Assembly: GCA_964035575.1 (NCBI GenBank)
Contig: OZ037841.1
Span: 186,001-250,000, forward strand
DNA: 64,000 nt
Reading direction: 5' to 3'
Source of the DNA: Rhynchopus sp. YZ270_cl-10
Lineage: Eukaryota
Shown here: one piece after another, positions 47,983-60,206 of the stretch
Layout of the letters: every line of letters begins with the position of its first letter
How positions within the stretch are numbered: the first letter of the stretch is position 1
Notes under the pieces: generated by a model
Seen by the model: the letters and a program-made list of their open reading frames with translations, nothing else
What the model was told of the DNA's origin: nothing
Database searches by the model: none
Made by a program: the position numbers and the translations under genes

Positions 47983-49656
47983 TGTTTTGGTGTATTCTGT
48001 TTGTACGTGATGAGAGGAGTGGGTGGGGATATGGGCTGCTGGATGAAGCAAAGCATGGATGTAATAGTGTGGTCTTGTTTTGGAAGAATGGAAAGTCACA
48101 GTTTGCTCCGGAATTGGTTCTCACGGCAGACGCACTACGTATGAATTAGCGGGACTGTGCAACTAAACTCTACATAATATGAAGTTAGGGATGGTGAAAA
48201 GCTACAGAAGACGAGCAAAGGTGATCTGCTGACAAGGAAACACGACTTCCGATGGCAAAGGCCTTGATGATACGGAACATGCGAGACTTGTCCAGAATTC
48301 AGTTCAGCGTTCAGCGTTCAGTTCAGCCTCTCGCACATCGTATGTGGGACGCATCTTCTGCAGAAAACTACAGAGAAATGCGATGCCCGACCTCGCGACC
48401 TGGGTGAGCTGGATGAGCCTGGCAGGGAACAGGGACCGCAGGTCGTGGGCGGACCAAACCGCGTTGGCGGGTCTGGCACCGGCTTTACAGACGCCTGTCC
48501 ACAGGGAATCCAAGTAACGTCGTATAACATGTACTATCAAAAGCAAAAATGCAGGAGAAAAGACAGAACAGAGGTGCAAGAGAGTCTCGTATCTTCACTT
48601 CTTTTTAGGACGTTTTCTCGCTTTTTCACCTCAAACGTTTTATTAAAAATTCCAGGGTTAGGGTTAGGGTGTGCGGGAAGTTGAGTCCACAGCATCGATG
48701 CCACCAAGGAAGAGAGAGTGGCTTGAGAGTGGACAGAAGTAAGAGGAGGGAAATGTCTCAAATAATCTTTTCTTTTTTTTTTTTTTTCTTTTTTTTTTTT
48801 TTTTTGCTTCAAAATCTTGGAAGAATTGTGCAAGAAAACCCCTGTCGGGGATTGGCCGAAAAAACTAAATAAAGGAAAACGAGTGCGAGCCTGAGCATTA
48901 TTATTTTTTTTGCAAAATATTTTCAAAAAAAAAGAAAATATCAAGAATAGAAGCCCTGCCAAAAAAAAATAGTACATTTTTGTTTGAAAACTTGGTTGTA
49001 TTAGTGTAGACCCCGAGGATATGCTCCATTTTTTTTTCTTTTTTTGGAAATCGAGCACTTGTACACATGAAGCAATGCTACTGGAGAGAGTGTCGCTATC
49101 CTGAGGTGAAATACTGCGCCATTTTTCCCACTCTACTTTCAAAGAGAATAGAAACCATTTGAGAGGGCGCAACACGCCTATTTTATTGACTTTTTTTTTT
49201 TTGAAATCCTTCCAAACACACATCTGTTTTCCCTTATTAAATGTCAACACCGAATGTCCAAACCCACTCTAATACGTTACGCAAACACACAACTCACCTC
49301 AAAAGGGCAATTCCGCACGGAGGAATTAACCCATAAATTGATTTTTCAAAACACATACACGCACACCTCGTATAAGACACCAAAATCGGAGGAGGAAAAA
49401 AACCCCTTCACGTCGCCTCTCACTTCTCTGAAGAAACACTTTTTAGGAGAAGAGCGGGGCGTTTTTGTAACTCTTTTTTTTCTTTGATGTTTTGTTGGTG
49501 GGTAACAAAACAGAAAAATTAAAAGGAAAAAAAAAAAAAATACATACACACACACAATAACACACAAAACCCCCCACACCCCTTACCCACAAATTGAGTA
49601 TCTGTCTGCGAAGTCTCCTTCTTCAACCTTTCTTTTTTATTTTTCCTTTTTTTTGC

Positions 49657-49733
49657 ACAGGTTACCTACGATCGTACCACAAAAACGATCGTACGATTGT
49701 ATTTTGATCGTACGACGATCGTAGGTAACCTGT
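49657..49733. repeat. 77-bp mini inverted-repeat element, perfect 19-bp arms
   Basis: ACAGGTTACCTACGATCGT ... ACGATCGTAGGTAACCTGT with internal GATCGTACGA repeats. Confidence 0.85.
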
Positions 49734-50870
49734 TATTTTTTTTTTTTTTGAAAACCTTTTTTACCGTTCCTTTTTAGGGAACCGAGTGTGTACGGTCCCT
49801 GGAAACTCCAAGAAAATGGAGCGGGCGTGCTAAAGAGGAAGCTGCCGTCATATTTTTTTATTATTTGAAAACTTGGTTGTACTAGCGTGACACCCAGGAT
49901 GATGTGAGCTCACTGTTGTGATTTTTTTTGTTCGGTTTCGACGATCCCTTTGCCAACGCATAAGGCCTTTTGTGTTGAAACTTAGATTCGCGGATACAGC
50001 GCGAAGTCCGTTCTTTTTTGGTTCTTTTTTCTTTGTTTTTTTAATTTTTTGTCGCGACTCAGACAGTTGGGGGAGGGAGGGAACAAAGTAAGGTGCCAAT
50101 AATAACTGATGGACGGGGTGGGGCGGACACTGGGGGCCCCAAATAACTTAAACCCCACATACTCCGCGAGGGTGAACGGGGCGTGTAGCGGCAGGCGGTA
50201 GCCGTGTAGCTACCCCATGCACAAAAAAAAAAAAAAAACACAGTACATGTTTTCAAAAAAAACACACATTCCAGCACACGTAAACGGGAGCAAAAACCCC
50301 AAAAATAAAACAAAAATAAGGCAAAAAGCATCTTCCTGCAGGGGACAGAAAGCAGACTAGTAAATGAAATATATAAAAAAAATATATATTTGCAACATGA
50401 AGGTGCCTGTTCTAAGAGGACAACGCGGGTGTGATGAATAGAAATGAACACCCTCTCCTGTTGACAGTTGAAACCACAGCAAGGGGTCGGAATCTAATAC
50501 GTAAAAAAAGAAGAACTGATGCATTATTTTACGCCGAACGCTACTTACGCCCGACACAGGTTGCAACAATATTCTTTTTTACAAAAAAGAACCAACATCT
50601 GAGGTCTAATCTTTGCTCAATCGCTTAAAGGCGAAGCTACACCATCTTTAAAAAACCTCCCCTCTTTTTTATTTCGTTGTTTTTTTTTAGCTTTTCAACG
50701 CACCCGAGGGAGAATATGCCACATTAAGGACCATTTGGTATTTGAAGCCCCATCATTTTTCCCTCTCTTTTTTTTCCTTTTTTTTTAGTCGTCCTGAGAC
50801 AAACACATCTCAAGGGCCTTTTGCCCTCCCCTGCCTTCCCCCCCACACACCACACATAGACACACACTCT

Positions 50871-51468
50871 CTATGCCTCCGTCTCGCCTCTCTTCTCTTG
50901 GCTGAGTGCAGGTGGCGCACCTCCTGCGTCGACACCCTCGTTCTGGCGATCTGACACATCCTGGTTAGCACAGCACGACGCAAAGGAGAAGATAAACGCA
51001 TGCGCGAGGGTGAACAACCCGCAGAGGAAAGGGAGGTACAGAGGTGCCTGGTTGGAGTGGAACTGCGGTGCACCCACAGCAAGACCAAGCGAGCCGACGA
51101 ACAGGATAAACGCAGCACGCGACACTGTCGACCCGAGGAAGCCCATGAAAGGGTCCTCACGGCCGTCCTTGGGCACCGTCAGACGTTTCTGTGGTATGTT
51201 GTGGTGGGGGTGGGGTGTGGGGGATTTTTTGACATACCCTGAGGGACGGAACACCGCAGATGAAGATAAGGAAGCCGAAGATGCAAAGGTAGAAGGAGAG
51301 GAAGAACTTCGGGAGGTTGAAGTCGAGTGTCTCGCCGCTGGCGTCGCTGTCGCCGGTGCCGTCCATGCAGTGGCAGCCGTACGCATATATGTTGAACACA
51401 CCACACGCAATGTTCATGAAGCCAATCACCACAGACGACACATCCTCAAACGCAGCAAGACGCGGCAT
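50871..51468 (-). CDS. TVP15/COPI-associated-like Golgi membrane protein; exons 51468-51238 and 51188-50871
   Basis: GT-AG intron 51189-51237 joins FFLSFYLCIFGFLIFI to FMGFLGSTVSRAAFILFVGSL, a family-like motif; 4 hydrophobic segments. Confidence 0.7.
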
Positions 51469-52602
51469 GTTGTTTATCCTTTTCTGTATGGTGAGGAGGG
51501 GGTGGGTATGGGAGGTTCCGCGAACACCAAGTCGTGCTCATGACAAGCTGAAGATGAGAAGTTAAAAGGGAGCTCATCATACAATGCAAGGAGGCCTAAC
51601 AAGCCTCGCAGAGTTTTTAGGGCAAGAGCTTCATTCAGAAGTAGAGGTGTACGTACTACGGTTTATTAACTATGTTTTTTAAACAGACTTTGAAATGGAG
51701 ACGAAGGCACCGGGTTTTCCGTTTTTAGGGCAGACCCGTTTCCGCCTTACAGTTGCATTTTTTTCAATTAGCTTCGGATGACCGTACTGACGTTTTGGGC
51801 ATAAGACCCACCGCTTGAGCGTAGAAACTGAGGCTGTTGCACAATATCGTCACCGAGATGGCTGCGGGGGTTTCGGGGGCGGAGTTGCGGGAAAGCATCA
51901 CAGCAGCGCGTACATCCCTCTCAGTGCTTCACCAGGATAAGACCACAGAGACTGAGGAAGGACTGCACCCTTCAGGGTCAGGATTGAAGAGAGGAAGCGT
52001 ACAACTGACAAACTCTCTCCCTATCACGTTTCCCGTTTTTTCCCGTGTGAAGATAGTTATTGACACCGTAGTATTTTTTATAAATTTAGGACAGAAGAAG
52101 ATGGGGTGAAAAAGAGGGACACAAAAAACAGAGAAATGGGCGGTTCTAACACGGTTCATATGGCTTTTACAACAAAACAAAATGAGTTTTAATAGTGGTA
52201 CAACAGAGAGAGGGAGAACAGCAAAGAGAGAGAACAAAGAAAAAGAAGGGGGTTTGGGGGAAAGTGAGGGTTTGAACCTCTCGCCCCTTGACAATTACAG
52301 TAAAAGGAAGGGGTGCGCAACATGGCAATCCTTGCTTCTCTTTTTGTTCTCTCGCTTTCAAGCGGCTTTGACAGGATTTTTTTTTTTTTTGAAAACTTAG
52401 TAATACGCCGCACGGCCTGTACGGACCCTCAGGGTAGGGTACGCGGGGGGTTCCCCACAAAGGGTCCGACAGGCCACCGTGCCTCGCGAGGTTAACTACT
52501 AAGCTCTCCCACCTCTTTGCTGCTGCGCTTATAAGGACGGGATACGTTGTGACACCAACCCACTGACTACTACCGGTGTAGCTTCTTTCCTATCACCCTT
52601 AA

Positions 52603-55332
52603 CCCTTTAGACCCCAAGCCGTTTTTTGGACCCACTTTTGAGTTTTGGTTTTTGGGGCTCTCCAACCGGTAAAGGGACCCCAGATGCAAATTTTTGATCG
52701 TACCTGGCCGCAATTGAAAGATTTTGAACACGGCTTTCAATTCCATTTTTTTAAGTTTTTTTTATACATAGCGCTCTAATTAGAGTATTAGGGTATAATT
52801 AGAGTCTGGGATTTTGGGCCAAGTCAGTTAGAGTCCAGTTAGAGTATAATTAGAGTCGCTTTTCTTCAATTAGACTATAATTAGAGTGCAGTTAGAGCAT
52901 AATTAGACTCTAACTACACTCTAATTATAGTCTAATTAGAGTAAAACAACAGGCTTCTTGTAGGTGCAAACGCCGTAAGGAACCGGTTCCCCTGAGGTTC
53001 CTCTGTAGGACCCAGGTGCCCAGATACCCACATAGCTGAAAATAAGACTTGGGGAACCGAGTTCTCAGCCGGACTGGGGCACAATATGTGAAGGCGCTGT
53101 GGGTCCGCCTGAAAGCGGGTCGGGGACCCGGTCGCGGGAGGGTGGGGGCCTAGTCCTAGTCCTACTGTACCTAGTACCCAGTACCGGGACTCGGGACCCG
53201 GCTTATTCTCAGCTATGGGTACCCAGGTACTCAGACCCGCGCAGTGTCACATGCCCTCAAGTGTGAGTGCCCCATACATTAGGGAATGCGATGCAAAAAC
53301 TCTATGTGCACCTCCGGTGCAACGCCGCAGACAGGCCAAGCAGCGTTGGACTCAGAGGAATGCCTGCTGTGCAGGTATCAAACATGAGAAACTCCCAGCA
53401 ACAAGGGGCGCCTTTTGGCGGGCATTATTGAAGGTGTTTGGGGTGCAAAATTTTCTACAAATGTTGATGCGCGGGTACAGAAGTGGTGTCTTGTTCTTTC
53501 ATCTGTAGGAATGTAAATATCAATCGAATTTAACTACCACTAAGGGGTCGAAGGGGTAATCCCAGTATCAAAGGCTGTGTTGACGGGAAATCTATAGCGA
53601 GCATACGTTCATTTCAGCCGAAGAAATACTACTTATGAACCCAGGAGAGATCCAAGCCTCGCGTTGAACAACTACCCGCGATCGACAATACCAAAGAGAA
53701 TTCATAACAAAACAACACTGCCCCATACACACTAAATAGCCATGCTTCAAGTGCATGCCCCTGGGCCAAAATTCCTGTGCTAAGAAGGCAACAAGACCAT
53801 CCACAAGGAGTGTGAATTGTGCACTGGTTTTCTGGGGGAACAAACAATATTTTCTTGTGTCTGGTTCTCTGCAAGCAGAGAACAGACTATCTGGATTACA
53901 AAGTCGAATTTCTTGCACTAGCTATGCCCCCTTGGGTTGATGGCTATAGCATTGATTGATGTGCCCCTCTTTATTGACCCTCTTATAGGACTCTAATTAG
54001 ACTCTAATTAGAGTCCAGTTAGAGTATTAGAGTTCAGTTAGAGTTTTAAAGACTCTAATTATACTCGAACTACCGACTCTAATTATCTAGTTAGAGTCTA
54101 ATTGGAGCGCTATGTATATTTTTTTCGAAAAAAAATATTATCCCCAAAATGAGGTGAGCACAAAATCCACCTTTCGATTTTTTACTCGTCCAGCCGAGCG
54201 AGGGAATATCCCTAAATTATTCCTCTCCGAAAATGGCGTTATTTGAAAGATTCGCCACAAAATCTTTCCAAAGAAAAAAAAATCGAGCAAAAAGTCCTAG
54301 TGGAACCCAACTTAGATGAGTGTAGCTCTGTTGACAGCATGTCTAAAAATCGATTTCCCTAACGATTTACACTGAAACACCACTACACAACGTAAAAATG
54401 CGATTTTTTCACGTTTTTTGGCATCTACAGGCCCGAAACACCCCCAGAATGGGTCAGAACGACCCTGTGAGCTGAAAATTCACAAAAAAAGCACCCTGCA
54501 ATACGAAAAAATAGTGAAAACCCGGCTTCTAGTGTGTTTTGGGTGGGAATAAGGCAAAGGATAGTCAGAAAAACAGTGATTTTGGTGGTGGTTCTAACGG
54601 ACTTCCAAAGTGCACTCAGATGCACAAAAGTTTTCGATTCTTGCTTCTTTTGACAGATTTGACATCAAATCTTTCCAAATATGTAAAAATCTTTTCACGA
54701 AAATGAGTAGAACCCCACTTATCAACTCTACTAGCCTTACGACCTTAGCAACGTTTAAACCCGTGATTGGTGGTAAAATCTCACCAAAATCCGAGGATAT
54801 CACCGATGCATAAAAGTTTTCGATTTTTGCGTATTTTGAAAGATTTGAACAAAATCTTTCCACACAAAAAAAGTGTTTTCACGAAAACGAGTAGAAAATT
54901 TTTGATCACATGGAGACTCTGAAAAGTGACCCTTTTTTCGTACTTTTCCACGCTCCCCGGCATCCAAGGAAAACCCAGATGCATAAAAGTGTTCTTAGAT
55001 GGCGTATTTTGAAAGATCGGTGAAAAATCTTTCAAAATATAAAAAAATGTTTTTCTGAAACTGAGTAGAACCCCAGTAATAGCCTAGTGGTATTAGGAGG
55101 GTTATTTCAGGGGGTGTTGGTCAAAAAACATGATTTTCCGTGGCAGCTCCGCTTTCCCCCCAGCATCCAAAAAAATATTAGATGCACAAAACTTTTCGAT
55201 TCTTGCTTCTTTTGAAAGATCGGCGCAAAATCTTTCAAAATATAAAAAATGTTTTTCCCATTTTGAGTAGAATATTCCTAATTGTATGGCGCCATTCTGC
55301 TACCCATATATGGGTATCTGGGGTCTAAAGGG
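52603..55332. mobile_element. Non-autonomous piggyBac-type element
   Basis: TTAA at 52599-52602 and 55333-55336; perfect 14-bp TIR CCCTTTAGACCCCA / TGGGGTCTAAAGGG; four internal GATGCA(C/T)AAAA..GAGTAGAA direct repeats at 54618-55272; no transposase ORF. Confidence 0.9.
52765..54116. mobile_element. TA-flanked MITE nested in the piggyBac derivative
   Basis: TA|TACATAGCGCTCTAATTAGA ... TCTAATTGGAGCGCTATGTA|TA; subterminal arrays of palindromic CTCTAATTAGAG at both ends. Confidence 0.85.
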
Positions 55333-55592
55333 TTAAAGGGGCTAAGGACCACTTACACAACGGCAGCCTCCACAAAGAGTGAGGCAGAGATACAAATACG
55401 AAACTCTGGCCAGACACTTTTACGTTTATCTAAAATAACCAACATCCCAAAACAAAAAAATCTACGTTACAGACAAAAAATCGCCAAAACATTTCCAACA
55501 AAATGACACATTTTAAATACAACGTACAATCCGCCAGATTTATCTCGACCGACTAAGTCACCACGCTGCCATTCAACATATCACCCCCTTCT

Positions 55593-56582
55593 TTACGCAA
55601 ACGTTCCATCCACCCTGTGGACGAAGTCGTTGTACTGAACGTTGTTGCGGGTCAGGGGCGATGCTGGCCGTGTTGTGTATAGCATGGAATCGATCGGGTT
55701 TGCAGGCTGTTCTTGGACGTAGACGGGGGCTGGGTCCTGCTGGACGACGACAGGGACGGGCGGGGGGTGGTTGTCCACTGGACGGAGGATCCGCTTCGGC
55801 GTTTCGTACCCTGGGCTGACGTAGGTTGCAAGCTTGCGTCGTGCTGCTGCCTCATCTTTGCGCACCTTCCACGCCCCCACACCAGCAAAGATCAACGCCG
55901 TCAGACAACACACAAAACAGAACACCATCACGAAGTACCCAGCCCCAAGCTCCACCCCGATACTGTACACATTGCGGTAGGTGTACCCTGCCACCACAGG
56001 GGGGAAGCGGTCCTCGTAGAAGTCCTTCACCTCTTTGTAGGAGACGAGAGGGAAGACGATGATGGGGATCATGGCCAGCAGGGTGCCTGCTGCAACGATG
56101 GAAGGGAAGATCAGCGCATTGAGCCTGAGGAAGGCTACCACGACGGCACCGATGAGAACGGCAAGGACGAAGAAGAGGAACGTGATGGTCGTGTAGATGC
56201 CATCCTTGAAGGTTTGGCAGCTGAAGTCCACGGGGCGGATGTTGTTCATCGTGGCGACGAAGCCGCAGACATGGTCGTCGGTGTTCCCGTTGTTGCTCTT
56301 ACAGCGTTCCGCACCACAATAGTTCAGCGCGCTGTCAAATGTCCACTGACCCAGACAGCACACCTCAGTTGACGTCCTAAAGAGCCCTATCCTCTGTTCA
56401 ATGTCAGAGTGTCCTAAATAGTCGTCAGGTGTCGTCGTAACGTCGGTCTTGACCCACTCCGGCACCGCCAGCGCAACTATGACAAGAACAATCGAGATAA
56501 GAAGAAACACAACGGAAACAATAATCAGCCAGTTCAGACGCTTCGACTTTACTAGCGACTCGGTGCTCTTCTGTGTCACCAT
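55593..56582 (-). CDS. Claudin/PMP22/amastin-like tetraspan membrane protein (329 aa)
   Basis: Four TM segments; ALAVPEW..IGLFR..C..C first loop; LGAGYF before TM4; cytoplasmic Pro-rich tail. Confidence 0.75.
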   Translation of the reverse strand: MVTQKSTESLVKSKRLNWLIIVSVVFLLISIVLVIVALAVPEWVKTDVTTTPDDYLGHSDIEQRIGLFRTSTEVCCLGQWTFDSALNYCGAERCKSNNGNTDDHVCGFVATMNNIRPVDFSCQTFKDGIYTTITFLFFVLAVLIGAVVVAFLRLNALIFPSIVAAGTLLAMIPIIVFPLVSYKEVKDFYEDRFPPVVAGYTYRNVYSIGVELGAGYFVMVFCFVCCLTALIFAGVGAWKVRKDEAAARRKLATYVSPGYETPKRILRPVDNHPPPVPVVVQQDPAPVYVQEQPANPIDSMLYTTRPASPLTRNNVQYNDFVHRVDGTFA

Positions 56583-58037
56583 TTTGTTTGTTTTTTTTAG
56601 AAGTCTGTGAAGGTGACGGTGTAAAGAGAGAGTGAAAACACTAAACGGGGAAGAATTTCTTACGATTGGGTTTCACCCCCCTCATCAACTAGTTGAAAGC
56701 CTTTTCTGCTGCGAGTTGAAGGTTCTTATGTACGTATGCTTGACAATGACGTCGTTCAGCTCTTTTGATCTGTTCATGTCAGGATGTTGAGCGCCTTACG
56801 GTTTTGCAGCGTTCCATATGAACAACACAGGGGGGACCCGCCAGACGGGGTATATTTTTCACAACGTAAAAGTAAAGTTACCTTTTTTTTCCCATTGCAT
56901 TTGTTTCAAAAAAAGGGAGACAAAGGAGAGGGGCCATGGTTCCATGCTGATTGGAAGTGTTCGCTAAAGTGGAAAAAAATGTGACAAAGGCAAATGCCGA
57001 GGCAGTGCTCTCAAGATCCTCCACGTAGGGGAGGATATTTCCTCCAGGGGCTTTTTTTTTTTTTTTGTGACAACTGCCTTGCAAAGGTTGTAGGGGAGGA
57101 AATGAAAACATATCTGAGTTGTGCCCGAATTTTTTTGGTGTGAGCGATGTAAACACGACACAACTTATTCACAGAAAAGTTTTTGATTTTGTCCCTACAC
57201 ACTCCACAAAAATCCGGTGCGATCAACGAAAAATTCTTTTTCTGATTTCGTTTCTTTCTTTATCAGACTAGCTTAAACTCAGATAACAGTTTTTATTTTT
57301 TTCAGGCTTTTTTGGTGGATTTCCTCCATTTTTTTTTTTTTTTTGGCGGGCTCGGGTGGAGGATTATCCTCCTAGGGGTTTTATAGTGAGGGGTCACTTT
57401 GTCTCCCCCGAGGGAGCCAATATTTTCCCGAGCCTGTATGCACCGTCCAGGGCTGCACCTTAAAAAAAATTTGCCTGCGGCGCCATTTCCATTTTTTACT
57501 ACTCAAAAAAAGTGTTCGTTGAGTGATTCTGTGGTGTAAAAGGAAGCATTTTTACACCGTACACTAATTTTTTTTCGCCTGCGGCGCCATTTATATTATT
57601 TTTTTGCTCCGCAAAAAAATAGAGTTGGCAATGTCTTTGGATACCCTTGCATTTTGCAGCCAAAAATGCAACGCGACCAAAGCTGCAAATTTTTTGCCAT
57701 TTTTAAAAAATTACCCGCCGTTGCATCAGCCCCTGCTTCTGGAAGACGTATTGGTTTTGTACGGTTCGTGGAGCGTACGGTGCAAGGGAAAGGATTAGAT
57801 TTCCGTTTTTTTGTTAACTCGCAAAATTGACCCGCCTCTCCGCTCTGTGGCTGTCAGGGAGGCGCGCGCGAAGCGCGCGACGACCGCTTGTTGCGGGGGG
57901 AAAATTTTTTTTTGGGGGGTTTTTTTGCAAAAATGAATCCTCCTCATTTCGAAAATTCTGCTTTTTTCGTGGAGGATCTTGAGAGCCCTGTGCCGAGGTC
58001 ACTTTTTTTTTTTTTTTTTTTTTTTTTGTCAAATATT

Positions 58038-58660
58038 CAGGGTGTTTCCTAATTTGCTTCCGCTTCCGGGGATTTGGAAAAAATTGGCCAGGGAAAAAAT
58101 TTGCGGGAAAAAATTAGGGACGTGTTTAAAGTGCTTATGTTTTGGTATTTTCCCGAAAAAAGTATGTTCGCTGTTCTGGATCGCTCCAATCATTCAAATA
58201 AAGCAGTTTTCGGGAATTTTTATTTTCACCGATGTTGGGTACCGTGCGCCTGCGGCGCTGCCTGTTTCTACAGGCAAACACTTGGCCCCCTTTACCTTAC
58301 ACTGACGGGTTTTGACCAAAACCAAGGACTTGTCCATTTCGTCAAATTGACCCCACCACAGAACGCACGGATTCCGGAAATGCAAATGCCGGTGTTTTCG
58401 GGCATTTTCATGTTTTCAGGATCAGGGAGAGAAAATCTGGGTTGTGGGATTTACCTGGTCCCCTTTACCTCACACTCATTTTGACCAACACCAAGAACTT
58501 GGCCATTTCGGCAAATTGACCCCACCACAGCGCGGACGGATTCCGGAAATGCCATTCGCGGTGTGTTTTGGGCCTGAAAACCTACCGTTTCTTCAGGGAA
58601 AAAATTTGCTTCCGGATGTCGAAATTTTCCGGAAAAGTTCCGAAATTAGGAAACACCCTG
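58038..58660. mobile_element. hAT-type MITE (623 bp)
   Basis: Perfect 18-bp TIR CAGGGTGTTTCCTAATTT / AAATTAGGAAACACCCTG; 8-bp TSD CAAATATT at 58030-58037 and 58661-58668. Confidence 0.92.
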
Positions 58661-60206
58661 CAAATATTTTTTCGTACACCAGCCTTATTTGAAAGGCTGG
58701 TCTTTCCCCTCTCCGCTAGAGAAGGCATGATCGCAACCTACAAAGCAGATTTTCGTTTCAAAAAAAAATTCGGGGGAGGGGAGAAAAAAAAAAAACACAC
58801 AAAAAAGTATTGCCCAGGAAGTGTCATCGCCTGAGAGCAGGCAATTATCCAGGACAAATTCTTCTTTTTGTTGTCAGGGGCCATTCCGCCACACCCTAGG
58901 CTAGTGTGTGTTTTTCTTTTTTCTTCTTCTTTTTTCTCGAGGGTGTTTTGACAGGTAGGAGGGGACAGAGCAGGGGAGAAAACAAAAAAGAGGAAGCCAG
59001 ACTTTTCATGCTAGACACTCGCAGAGGGAAATGCAAGCACAAAATAAACAAATAAAAAAAAATAAAAATAAAAAGAGAGAAAAAGAGAAGGAGAAAAAAA
59101 GTTGGTCAGGAGAGCCACACCTCTCATGCTTGGTCACCTGAAATTAAAAAAAAAACACACTAAAAATAAAAAAAACACACTAAAAAAGAGCCGAAATTCG
59201 CACCGTACCGCAGCTGTACAGAAAAAAAGAAGAAGAAGAAATCTGCGTCTGTGCTAATTGCATGACGCACAAAGCACAGAAACACACATATTTTCTTGCA
59301 TCGATCACCTTAGGCAAGTATTGTACCCTTTTGTAGTGTAGGTAGATAAACGAAATATCGGGACAGCAAATCGGAAGAACGCGAAAACTACTCCATACAG
59401 GGGGGAAAAAAGGGTGTTTTTGTTATTGGTATGACAGCTCCACGCGGAAGCAGTCTTCAGGACAGAACAACCTCCTAAGCCACCGAATAGGAAGCATCTG
59501 CCCAGCAATAACGAAAGCGTCGCTTGAAAAAAGAAAAAAAAAAAATAGGAAAAAAAAAGGCAAGGTTCATTTTTATAAGTGCGCACAACCTTACAATACA
59601 AATACGCACACAAAAAAGTAGCCTCAAGATGACCTTAGCTCTGGGCTTCGTCATAAAAGAAGAAAAAAAAAATGATAAAACAGGGGGGACGTAGTTCCAA
59701 GAATACGAGCACTCAGACTACGTGGCAGTCAGGACAGGAGGGGGAAAAAAAGGGATTTGGGTACGTGGCAGAAAGAGAGAGAGAAAATTCAATTGTTCCA
59801 ATACTACACATAATCACGCAGCGAGCTTGAAAGGGTTTCGAACAGCACAACAAATGGTGTCTTCTTCAGGGATACATCCCAACACCACCGTCGGAACCGT
59901 TTTGCCCGTCAGTCTCTGCAACATATGGTAGCGTACTCGTTGTTTTCGTTACACTTCAATAATTATGCCACTTTGGTAACTGTGTACAAAGTGGTTTGTT
60001 CCCTGGTTGTGTTCACCGTTGTGTGTTATTACAACACCGGAGTGCGTATCTGACACAGAGTGTTTCGCAGTGATGCGGCAACGAAGCCACAGAACAAAGC
60101 ATACACAACACAGCTCGAAAAGGTGCTGCGTCGTGCAATGCGGTAAAAAAAAAAGAGAAAATTAAAATTAAATGCATGATCACCCACACAGCGCTTCTGC
60201 AGGTGT

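Noticed and set aside
48655..48670. AGGGTTAGGGTTAGGG telomere-type repeat
   Set aside because: Under three units and internal; not evidence of a telomere.
57340..57600. GCCTGCGGCGCC motifs and a short GGCTCGGG/CCCGAGCC inverted pair
   Set aside because: Probably TE debris, but I could not define termini or a TSD.
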